NCBI GenBank assembly: GCA_030141605.1
Contig: JAQGDQ010000257.1
Coordinates: 186,001 to 250,000 of the forward strand
Source of the DNA: Tubiluchus corallicola
Lineage: Eukaryota; Animalia; Priapulida
Reading direction: 5' to 3'
Length of the DNA: 64,000 nt
In this document: piece by piece, positions 40,401 through 53,300 of the stretch
How the letters are laid out: each line of letters begins with the position of its first letter
How positions within the stretch are numbered: the first letter of the stretch is position 1
Translations under genes and position numbers: made by a program
The notes under the pieces: model-generated
Databases searched by the model: none
What the model saw: the letters and a program-made list of their open reading frames with translations, nothing else
What the model was told of the DNA's origin: nothing

Positions 40401-43400
40401 TATGCTTATTGACCGAAATTAAGCAAGGCTGAGGTTAGGAAATAGCCGAGTAGTGGTGGTGTATGCTTGTTGACCGAAATTAAGCAATGCTGAGGTTAGG
40501 AAATAGCCGAGTAGTGGTGGTGTATGCTTGTTGACCGAAATTAAGCAAGGCTGAGGTTATGAAATAGCCGAGTAGTGGTGGTGTATGCTTATTGACCGAA
40601 ATTAAGCAAGGCTGAGGTTAGGAAATAGCCGAGTAGTGGTGGTGTATGCTTGTTGACCGAAATTAAGCAAGGCTGAGGTTAGGAAATAGCCGAGTAGTAG
40701 TGGTGTATGCTTGTTGACCGAAATTAAGCAACGCTGAGGTTAGGAAATAGCCGAGTAGTGGTGGTGTATGCTTGTTGACCGAAATTAAGCAACGCTGACG
40801 TTAGGAAATAGCCGAGTAGTGGTGGTGTATGCTTGTTGACCGAAATTAAGCAACGCTGACGTTAGGAAATAGCCGAGTAGTGGTGGTGTATGCTTGTTGA
40901 CCGAAATTAAGCAATGCTGAGGTTAGGAAATAGCCGAGTAGTGGTGGTGTATGCTTGTTGACCGAAATTAAGCAATGCTGAGGTTAGGAAATAGCCGAGT
41001 AGTAGTGGTGTATGCTTATTGACCGAAATTAAGCAAGGCTGAGGTTAGGAAATAGCCGAGTAGTGGTGGTGTATGCTTGTTGACCGAAATTAAGCAATGC
41101 TGAGGTTAGGAAATAGCCGAGTAGTAGTGGTGTATGCTTGTTGACCGAAATTAAGCAATGCTGAGGTTAGGAAATAGCCGAGTAGTGGTGGTGTATGCTT
41201 GTTGACCGAAATTAAGCAATGCTTAGGTTAGGAAATAGCCGAGTAGTAGTGGTGTATGCTTGTTGACCGAAATTAAGCAAGGCTGAGGTTAGGAAATAGC
41301 CGAGTAGTGGTGGTGTATGCTTGTTGACCGAAATTAAGCAATGCTGAGGTTAGGAAATAGCCGAGTAGTGGTGGTGTATGCTTGTTGACCGAAATTAAGC
41401 AATGCTGAGGTTAGGAAATAGCCGAGTAGTGGTGGTGTATGCTTGTTGACCGAAATTAAGCAAGGCTGAGGTTAGGAAATAGCCGAGTAGTAGTGGTGTA
41501 TGCTTGTTGACCGAAATTAAGCAAGGCTGAGGTTAGGAAATAGCCGAGTAGTGGTGGTGTATGCTTGTTGACCGAAATTAAGCAAGGCTGAGGTTAGGAA
41601 ATAGCCGAGTAGTGGTGGTGTATGCTTGTTGACCGAAATTAAGCAAGGCTGAGGTTAGGAAATAGCAGAGTAGTGGTGGTGTATGCTTGTTGACCGAAAT
41701 TAAGCAATGCTGAGGTTAGGAAATAGCCGAGTAGTGGTGGTGTATGCTTGTTGACCGAAATTAAGCAAGGCTGAGGTTAGGAAATAGCCGAGTAGTGGTG
41801 TATGCTTGTTGACCGAAATTAAGCAAGGCTGAGGTTAGGAAATAGCCGAGTAGTAGTGGTGTATGCTTGTTGCCCGAAATTAAGCAACGCTGAGGTTAGG
41901 AAATAGCCGAGTAGTGGTGGTGTATGCTTGTTGACTGAAATTAAGCAACGCTGAGGTTGGCAATTGAATGGATAGGCAACTGCTAGGTTCAGTGCCTAAC
42001 TATATGTCAAGACTTTGGTGATTGCATTCTACATACTGATTTTGACTGTTTACATCATACAGAGAGTTTGTATTCACCCAAATGGAAAGTGGTCAAGATA
42101 TCTCTACTGGATGTGCATCTCATAACTAGCCTTGATAATAAGTCAGATAATGATCTTGTCTCACCTTTCCATACTATTGGCCTTCCCATTGTGTGCTGGA
42201 ATCCATCTTGCAAATTATCAAATTGCGTAAAGGAATTGCTATTGCTTGATGTGTAATTGACCAACATGAATTTTACAGTTGTGACTGCTGACAACAATTT
42301 ACAGCTGATGTCGTATTTACAGTCGTGGAATATTGTGGAATATAGTAGCAATTATTGTACATGTCATTAGACATTTATTAATTGTTTAGGCTTGACATTA
42401 CAAGAAGATAATGCAGTGTACAAACATGGCGATCAGTTTGCTGCTTATTTGGGAGATGGCTTAGCTGATAATTGGAGTCAGGTAAATTAGATAAAGCTGT
42501 TCTAATTTTTGGCAATTAGTAAGGGACATAGTTACCATGGTATCATTAAAACATAGGTTTTAATGAAATTCTACAACCGCCGAATTTCATTGATATAAGA
42601 AGTATACATAAAATATATAAAAAATAAATTACTGTACCAAGTTATTATCGAATTTTAAAAGTTCTGTTTACTAATAGATTTGAGATTAGTGCAAACCGTA
42701 ATTTTTTTTAAATACAAAAGGTAAAATTCAGAAGTGGAATGTGTGAAATGACATATTACATAAGAGTGTATATCTAAATTGGCAAACAGACAATGATATC
42801 ATGGAATATAGTGGAATATAGTGGAAAGTCATATTATCAGTTTTCCCATGGTCAGGGAAAATCCTTGGGCAAAAAGTCAGGGAAATTGGAAAGGGTTGCA
42901 AAGATAATCACCGTGAACCAATATTTTTCCAAACATTCCAAACATATTTCTTAGCGATTCGTCTTCAAATAAAATTTTGCTATGCCAGTTTCGATTTCTG
43001 TTCCAAAAATAATGATTGGCCGATACATTATATATCAGTATATATGTACTAATGTCCATATACAAAAATGTGTGAATATGTATACTGTATGTATATTGGT
43101 AATCTAATTTCTGCTTATTTTAGTCAGGGAAAAGTCAGGGAAATTTATTTTAAAATTCTATGGGAACCTACAGTGCCATACTTGTTTGTAGTATAATAGC
43201 TTGTCTTTTCTAGGTACGTCTTGCTGCCTCTGTAGCTACTCGCAAGTTCATGCTTAGCTTGCCCAGTGAAAGTTCTCAGGAAAAGTTTTTCCCCATTTTG
43301 CTGCCTCGAATGTGTCTCAACAGGTACGCAATTTGTAATATTGTTCATTTTTAATGAAATTGCTTAGTTGGAAATACATGTAGTTCGTAACACCGGTAAT

Positions 43401-46400
43401 CATTAGATTTGAGATGCATTGCTCATTGAACTATGTATTGCACGTATTGCTAGAATCGTTATTGCTGAAAAGTTAAAAACAACTGCTGAGAAGCTTCCAT
43501 TCAATATTAGTGCAAAATGGTAAGACGAGAAATGTGTCTGATACTTTAAATTGTATTATTTTAGCATATTAGTAATATATATCTTATAGAGTTAATGGCT
43601 ATCGTAACCTTTCTAATTTTAGTTTTCCCAATAAGAATACTTTTAGTTTCAACTCGGCATTTTAGTGCAGAAAACCAAATTTGCAAATGACTTTGTTAAC
43701 ATAATCAAAAACGAAAGTTTGTTAATAAAGTCAGTTATTGTTTAAGTACATGAAAGAGACAGCTTCTGACAACCAACGTATTGTTTATTGAATGAAAATT
43801 TACCACTTCCATGATCACTTCCGAGAAGTTTGTGCTTTTGTCGTAATTTTTCAGTCACTGAGTGCTTTAAGGAAAACAACCTTTTTCTCTGTAAAGAAAT
43901 CATACGAATCGTAACCTTCGCGTCCTAACCCAGATTGCTTCACCCCTCCAAATGGCATAGTTAGATCTCTTACAAGCCAGCAGTTGCACCAAACTGTTCC
44001 AACATCTAAACGTTTTGCCATCCGTTGCAAACGTCCAGCTGAAGATGACCACACGCTAGCCATTAATCCATATTCAGTGTCATTTGCTCTGCGAACAGCT
44101 TCATCTTCCGTCTCAAAAGGAACAATGCAGGCCACGGGACCAAAAATTTCATGCTTCATTGATGGTGAATCATAACTGACATTGGTTATGATTGTTGGGG
44201 AGATGTAGTAACCATTCTGGTTTTCTTTCGGCAGTTCAGGCATATTCGTTTCGTAAACAGATACGTTTTCAGACTTGGCTTTCTGTACATAAGATCGGAC
44301 GTGATTCAGGTGACCTTTACTAATCAAAGGTCCCAGGTTTGTTTCCGCATGTTCTGGAGCTCCGATGGTAAGCTTACCAGCAGCTTCTTTGAAAGCTTTC
44401 ACAAACTTCTCGTATATTGGCTGTTGAACATAAAATCGACTGATAGCTAGACACATTTGTCCTTGATTTGCAAAAGCCGATCTGACACATTCTTGTACTG
44501 CCTTGTCGAAGTTAGCATCTTCAAAGACAATTGCTGGGTTCTTTCCACCCATTTCTAACATGACTTTCTTTGTGGTAGCCGAACATGCGGCCATTATCTT
44601 TTTGCCATTTGCACAACTTCCAGTAAATGATACCGCTCTGACATCTGGATGAGCCACCAATGATTCACCTGGTTTAGCACTGTCTCCGAATACGACATTT
44701 ACCACACCTGGTGGTAGGATGGATTGAATGATGTCACATAGCATCCATGCTGTCACAGGTGTCAACTCACTGGGCTTCAGTACGACAGTGCATCCTGCAG
44801 CAACAGCCGGAGCAAATTGGAAACAAAGCAAGTAGAGAGGCATGTTCCACGGGGACAGGATAACAGACACACCTACAGGCTCAATCAGTGTGAAACTCAT
44901 TACATCAGATTCCGGCTGTTCACGTGATTGACCCATGTATGACATGAAGTTTGAGCCGTAGAATCTGAGCATTGCTGCAGCACGTGGAATGTCCATGACT
45001 CTGGTCATCGACAACGGCTTGCCAGTGTCTCTTGATTCTGCCAGAGCAAACTCTTCCAGCTTATGCTCAAGTGCATCAGCAATGCGGTTCATTAGTCGTG
45101 ATCGCACTTCTACTGATGTTGCAGCCCAGGCTGGTAGGGCTTGATGTGCGGCTTTTACTGCCAGATCAGCTGCAGCAGCACTACTTCTTGGGCAGGTAGC
45201 CCATACATCACCTGTTGCTGGCTCATGTACTTCTATCTTGTCTTCCTCATCAACAAACTCATTGTTTATGAAGTTTCTAATGTGGATTTTTGACTTTCCA
45301 AAAATAGGAGCCATCTTGTCTGTACCCTACAAAGGAAATTGAAAAAAAGTGAAAATACTTGTAAATTATGTAAACAGCAGCTATTGTTACTTGCATGCAT
45401 TTTCAGTGTTGCTTTTAAAGAAGCAAGGCTTAAAATGATTTTCTTGTAAGTTGATGAAATCTCAGCAGAAATTATATGTTTCACGGAGGTCAACTCAGAA
45501 AAATCTTTTGTGTAAATGATTTTTAATGTGCAGCTGTATAACAGAATGAAAGAGGATCTTTGTAGTACTAAAATCAGAATCAGAAGGCTAAGATGTGTAG
45601 GACATTTAATGAGATTAACAAAAACAAAACCAGTAGGATTACCATTAAATGAGACGCAAAACCTGATGAACGACCTCACAATAGCTGGATATCAAAAAAA
45701 ACTTGGATATCAAGATTTAATAAAGATTTACAACAGCTGAGCCCAAATTTAACAATAGCATCACAAGAGTTGAATTTTAGCTGCAAACATGAAACAGTGG
45801 GTGCTCTAATAAAGGATAGGGGGTCTACAACAGATATTTAGAATAACAGAAGAAAGGTGAAATCTCACTATGCATAATATAGTAGTTTGTATATTATAAT
45901 ACTAGTGCCAGTAACTACTAAAAATATACTGTATATAATAATTAGTAGCCTATTCAATCAGCAGCAGTCATACCACAATCCTGGTACAGATTATGTAAAA
46001 CAAGGCATCATTGATACATCTTTAGAGCTGATGTCAACATAGCGCAATCTATTATCTTTCTTCCTACCATTTCCACTAACACATCCTTCTACCCTTCCTG
46101 TGTGATCTAACCTTTCTCCCAGTTCTTTTTTTTTGGTTCACTCATCCATTCTTTTTTTATCCGGTTCACATGACAGTGGGCTTATACAAGCCTTTGCTTC
46201 TCTAGCCCATTGCAGTACAATTATTCTTTTATGATAACGATAGTGTATGAAACATGACAGTTTAACAGAGTATGATGTAATAATTTTGATGTCACTGTGT
46301 GCTTAATGTCATTACATTGTACTGAATGTGATAATAATAATAAATAAATAAAAAACAGAAGCTAATGCCTTTTCAAGGCAAAACAGAGTAGAAACATCTA

Positions 46401-47339
46401 CATAAATAATGCATATATCTCTGAATTTACACAGTTTTATACAAACACTTACCTTACTCTCCCTGCTTTCAAGTTTGCACTAGTGACTGACTCTAAAACT
46501 AGGTCACTCAGGACTCTTGTAGTTCTGTTCCTGTTGGGCGCTTTATGTACAGGATCTAATAAATCTTCAAGGTCATTGCAACCTGTATCAGATCTCTGGT
46601 GCCTGTCTACTGTCAGTGCAACTGTAGATCATTACCACCCAGATTTGAAAGTAGCTGATACATATATTGGAAGCTATGTAGACCTGTATTTTACATGAAT
46701 TCAGTTCTGCTCAACCTTTTCAAGTTATTATAGCTAATAGTTTTGTTTGTATCAGTATTTTAAGTATTTTTAGAAGTAGTGGAGAAAGCACATGCATTTT
46801 TTGTATACAAGTTTACTGATTTTTATATCTGTATTATCAGAAATTGCAGAAAAAACAAACTTCACTAGATGTTTTTGATTTTGTTTGAATTTTGTGCCTT
46901 AAATTTTATTGCTTTAAAATCTGAGCAACTTAAGACATAAGCATCCCAGCAGTATAGTATTGCTTTGAAGATCAAGTTTTTTATCCTTCATTTCTTTCAT
47001 TGTGTGCATATATATTAACAGCTGTTCTTGCTAACTGTAGAATGTAATTCTATGTATTATCAATAGTTTTATTATAGTGTACAATTTTTAAGCCCATTCA
47101 TGATGTATTTTTACTCATACTTTTTATCTATTATTGATTAGGGCAGTTGATCAAGTGACTAATAGGTCTTTCGCTGCTCCTTCTCAGTTGCAATGAAATG
47201 CAAAAATAATTGTGTCAAATTTTTATTGTTATTGAGAAAATAAAATTGAATTGAATTGAATTGATTGTAAAGCCCTAGAGCATTTTATGGATTTGAGGCT
47301 AATAAATTATTATTAATATTATTATTATTATTATTATTG

Positions 47340-47379
<40 letters not shown>

Positions 47380-50300
47380 GATCATCATTGTTGTTGTTGT
47401 TGATGTTGTTGCCTTGTTGTTGCACACCTTTTTTCATTTAGATGCTTCCTTCATAAATTACAAATGACACTTGCAAAATGTGTATATATAAAGCAAGATT
47501 GGCTCATTTGTTTTGTGACTGTTGTGCATTTTAGGTACTACGTTGCAGACGGAGTCCGAATTTACTCGCAAGAAACATGGCGGCAGGTTACTCGAGCAGA
47601 AGGGAAGGAGATGGTGGAAAAATATATAGACAGTGTGGTGAGCAATATATGTAACTGTTTGCTGTGAGCGTTTTTAATGTCAATTAAATGAACAAATTCA
47701 AAGATTAAAAATAAGATATTGTTCGTCTGAAGTTTGCCACGGTCATAACTGTAAAAGAAGTCAAAATGCAGATTATGTCTCAAAATTTTTTTTGTTTTTC
47801 TCAGAAGCCTTCGTTCCTCTCCGACTTTATCAGCTGTACAGAGATATACAATAATAAAAATTACAGGTAAAACTACATATAACACTTGTGGGGAACGAAG
47901 GCTTGTGAGAAAAATAACAAAAAACTTTTGAGACTTATTGAGCATTTTGACTTCTTTTAAAGTTCAAAGATATCTGTTTACCCTTACTATTTCAACCAAA
48001 TATGACAAAACCACCAAAATGGATGACGGAAGAAGAATTCTGTTGGTAGTGAGCAGTAAACAACTATTTAACTCAGAATTAGTAATTAATAACAGATGAG
48101 CAGTACCAGATGTGATACCAGCATCTATTCATCAATAGTTAAATTTATTTATTTATACCCTTTATTCATGCTTAAAAGGTGCAATCAATTTATGAAAATA
48201 ACAACAAATGATAAGAAAAGGAAAAAAATGAATGAATCAAATTACAATATCTATTAGCTCAAACTGCACATAGTAAAAAAATAAAGTTTGTTAATTTGTT
48301 AAAGAAAAGTAGAAATCATTGCAGCAATTTATGTTTTAAATTTGGTCTCAAGAAATGGTCAGATCATTTAATATTTCATATAGTTGGCACTCCTGAAGAA
48401 ATAAAAATATTTGGCTTCTGTAGTCCATAGAATTTCCTTTATAAATGTAATAACTGCCTGCTGATTGTCAGTGACATTAAGCATTCTCTCAGTAATGAGA
48501 CGCAGTACTCTTGATCTAAACTGGTGATGAGAACAATCAATACCATAGAGGTTAGAGATTGACACTAAAGTGTATCTAATAATTGAAGTAGAACAATACT
48601 GAGTTTGTTGAGCAAAATAACGAATAGGGTGATTACTATTGTTTAAACACTTGAAATTAAACTTGATAAATCATTTTGGAACTCTTTTTGAGGAGGCAAA
48701 ATTTCAGGTACAAATAGTGCGGTAGCTTCTCTTTACATATTAGATAGCAATAATAGCCTTTATTGTAACAAATGGTTACCTTTTTCTGTAAGTGTTGATG
48801 CATTTGATACGTTGTTGCTGCCTGTTTTTTAGTTTTTTCTCGGTGAATTTTATAATTTTGAATACTAATAAGTTTATTATTTTTATTCTACAGCAACAAT
48901 ATTATATCGAGCAAACTAAAGCTGATAACCATGCAGTGAGGGAAGCAGCATGTGCTTGTGTAGCAGAGCTGGGGTCAAAGGTCAGTATTTCAAATAAACT
49001 GAATATTCAAACACATTTTAGATGAGTAGCACATTTGTCTAGTGTCAGTGCAATTTATTGGTTTATCAAGATTGGTATATCATTAGCAATTCAGCTAACT
49101 AAGAAGACATTTATTTAAAAAGTCATCATCATCATCATCATTATTCATCGTTTGTGTACCTTTCGTTCTAAAACATGGCACGCTTCACTTGTTGATACTA
49201 CGCACTCCTAACTGCCACTACCTCCCACAGTGCATCATCCCTCAAACCTAGAGACATATTTGCTAAACCATTTTGCAGTATATCTGTACGTCAGTAAACT
49301 GACTCTCTTGGCTTTTTTGTCATTTCAAACAGCTTTACGTAATGCCATAAGAAGAGGAGATTCTTGAGGTAGTCTTAGTGCATGCCCAATCCATTTCAAT
49401 CTTCTTATTTGAATTTGCATATTTTAAGGGTTTCTTTTTCATCACACCGTGCAGATAATCATTTGATATTCTGTCAGGCCATTTAATGTCTAACAATTTT
49501 CTATAGAGACGTTTTTGAAAAGCATCGATTTCCTTCTGCTGTTTTGAAAAAAAATTCCCACCTTCGTCAATATATTCAGTATGCGCAATCTTTCTACTAT
49601 GGTGTCAACCTGCTTTGTACATACCAACAGCACAGTTTGGGAAGCCATTTTTGAATTCTTACTGATCATATGACTTCGCCGTGCATGCTGTATCATCATC
49701 ACGATGAGAAAAGCATGAAAACGATGCAGTTTCTTGCATGTTGTTGGACATATTTGCAGGTTGTGTGGACACAACACATGGTTTTCACCATTCACTACTG
49801 GTACTGACTGCAGACTACCATCTTCTGACTGCTGCATTTACTCCTATCATTTTAACTTTTCAAGCGATTTGTCTTGGAAATAAAACTGATGAATTTCAAT
49901 AAAACAATTGATCTAGCTTTTTAAAAGTAATGTTGTCATTAAATGCCATCTGTTATAGTCATGAACAGGTAGAATTCTCATGTAAACAGAAGTCTTAATG
50001 TAATGTAATGTAAAATTTATTTATATAGCACACTACATCGTTTAAAATCTCAGCACGCTGAACAATAAAATACATTTGAAATTCATAGAAACATCAAATT
50101 TAAAAGACATTAAGAATTAAAAAAATTCATCATAAAAAGTACAGTTTAAACAAATGTGTTTTAAGATGTAGTTTAAATCAATCTAATGAATTTGTAGAAT
50201 GTATATAATAGGTAAGTTATTCCAGAGATGTGGAGCACAGACACAGAAAGCTTTTTCACCATAGAATGTTGTATCAGGAATTGGCTGATGTAAATTAATT

Positions 50301-53300
50301 TGTTCATTAGCATTAGAAAAATGTCACTAAGGGTAGTAAACTTAGCAACCAGTCCAGCAAACACTGGATACTGATATACAGCACCACTTCTGAAGAAAGT
50401 GACATTATAAGGCTGCAGGAATTACACGATAAGATATGTAAAACCTTGAAAGTTTGTCAAAAATTGTGTAAACCTTTAGAATACATGCAAACATTTGTTT
50501 GGCATGTATTTGTTGAGCAGGAGACTTAGTCTCTAATCTTAAAGCAAACTCTCTGGACATTTGAATTGTGAACATTATTGAGAATGAATGAATCTTTATC
50601 ACTGATCAGTCCGTGATTCTCCTCTATTAAATTACTTGTTTCTTTATTGCTAATAATATGGAAAATTGTGAAATGTGAACGATTGATTCTTAAATCGAAT
50701 GAACCTTATTAAAATAAGCTTGTAAAATATTAATGTGTAATAGCATCTATGAATTATTTGTTATTTTTGTAGTTCTAGGTCGTATTTCTATTTCTTTGCA
50801 TTAGGTAAATCAGGATGCTGTAAGGCCGTATGTACTTCCGTTGCTTGAAGCTTTGCGGGTTTGCTTCAACGATGATAGTTGGCCTGTCAGAGACGGTATG
50901 CGCATAAATTTTCAGATGTTGGATTTAAGATTTTTTTTAAATGTTACTCGTTATTAAAAGTATATTGTTAACGTCATTTATTTCCAAACACACACATGTT
51001 CAAATACACAGCCTAAAAATAGACAGTTAGAATAGTAGTGAAATCTGAACTTAGCTGAATTACCTCTGTTAGTAATGAAATCCCAACTTAGCTGAATTAC
51101 CTCTGTTAGTAGTGAAATCTGAACTTAGCTGAATTACCTCTGTTAGTAGTGAAATCTGAACTTAGCTGAATTACCTCTGTTAGTAATGAAATCCCAACTT
51201 AGCTGAATTACCTCTGTTAGTAGTGAAATCTGAACTTAGCTGAATTACTTCTGCAGGTTCAGTAGATTGAAATTGAAATTTATTTTTTCTCCAGTTTACA
51301 AATGTACAGTAACAACTTCCAGTCTGTAAAGGTGCAATAGTTGAATAGTATACAGGTAAATAGGGCCTAAATGCTAGTAATAAGTGAAAAGGAGAGAGAG
51401 GATAGCAAACTGACCAAAAGGTCATCAACTCAGCCATCCTTTTAATATGTTAAAATTAAATGATCACAGGCAGCACTAGTGAGTAATGAGGTACAGACAA
51501 AAATTTATTTAACAGCTTGATTTCCTAAATTAGTCGTTTTTAAACAAAAACTGAGGTAATTAACATATAAATTTATGTATATTTGCAGTTAAGCTGGTAA
51601 ATGAATGTTTGTTTTAACATTATTATAATTTATACAGTGACAGAAAAAAGCATCAAGTATATATTAAGCAATTATATGCTATCCTTAGTAATCTTCTACA
51701 AATTATCAAAACAAAAGGAAAATATAAATGACAATATTCATGAGTTTAATGCTGTGTGGTAATTATTTATAAAAAAAGAGGAACATTTATATAAAAAAAA
51801 ATATTTAAGAGGAACTGCTTTTTATTATTAAGAAGATATTTTTCCAAGTACTTTTTTTCTACATTCATATACATATACAACTACATATGTACATACACAC
51901 ACGCACACACACACACACACACACATATATATCCACATACATATACATATATATACATTTTAGATGGATATCCGTGAACCAGGTACCAGTAATACCACAA
52001 ATACTTTGTTGAGTATATCAGCCTAGGGCATCGTGAAGTCTTGATATGCCCAGAATAGTAGCAGCTTTACATATATATTAGCATGCACCATATTTCATTA
52101 GTCGATTTTTGATGGGCACTGGAATGTAATCCAATTTTATAACCTCTGACTTTCATATCATCTTGAACAGGTATAATTTTTTGCTTCAGTGTAAAGCTTC
52201 TTCTTTGTATGAATTTACTGGTTAGGCAAACTCGTTTATTCAATTATTCTTATTGTTTTCAGCTGCCTGTGTAGCTTGTGGCAATTTCATATTTTGTTTT
52301 CCGGAGGAGTGCAAGTCAATGATGGAACAGCTTTACCCTCTTTTCTTCGCAAACCTCTCAGACAGTATACCATCTGTGCGGCAGGGAGCGGCGGCGGCAT
52401 TGGCTAACATTGTGCGAACTTACGGTTGGTCCATTATTTTGAATAAAAATTTTAATTTACATTCGAATTTATTTACCCTGCAGGATCCTAATCTATACTC
52501 CGTATGTATGAATGGCTAATGTGCAGACACCTGCGCAATATTTTACAGGTGCGATGTTACGTTCAATATTTTGGAGTTCAAGTATTGATATTAGTTATTA
52601 GGAATTCTTCGTGTTTAAAAAAGTTATCACTACTCTGAGGAATGTGCTATAGTGATTATCATTAACATCTAAACTAGGTAGGGTAATGGTTGGTGGTCAG
52701 TCTTTGTTTGGCTTTTCATAATCTAAATGCGCTAATTTAACATCTGTCTATTTTAAAATTTTACGTACTCAGACAGTAACTCTAAGCGTGCATTCAGACT
52801 AGCAGTAAACTTGCCGAGTAATTCGTCCATTAACTTTCAAGCTTGTTCAGACTAGAGAGCAAAACTTGCTGCGAGTTACTTTCTGACAATAAGTGCAAGC
52901 TGACAATAGTATATTTGCTGCGAGAAGTGTCGAGAGTAACTCAAAACGGCGTTCACACTAGGTAGTTAATCAACGTGCAGCAACTGTTGGAGATGTTTTC
53001 AATTTCTTGCCGACAGTAACTAGCAAACTTGCGAGCTTGCGGTCAGACAGAGAACTCTGAACGTAAGGCGTAGGCCTATGAATACACAAATTTGCAATAA
53101 CTGAAAAGCCTAACCCTAATCTTAATTACGTCTAAGCTTCATACTTAGTAATAAATATTTGTACACATAGTTAACATTCACAGACAACAAGCCCATTACA
53201 TGTGACAATTATTTTTGAAATATCTAAAAATATTCTGTTAGGTCAAGAACCTATAGAGATCTCCATGCAGAAAATTACACAGGGACTGAAAGGTGTGGAA

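Noticed and set aside
40067-41958. CRISPR-like regular array
   Set aside because: Units are contiguous with no unique spacers, no cas genes are present, and the context is a eukaryotic intron.
40067-41990. Functional 5S rRNA gene cluster
   Set aside because: The unit is only 61 bp, lacks the 5S 5' portion, 3' stem and oligo-T terminator, and the C-box appears once and is degenerate.
42000-42230. RNase H-like WIPAHNG peptide on the minus strand
   Set aside because: A single short motif among stop codons; possibly a decayed LINE, but too little to call.
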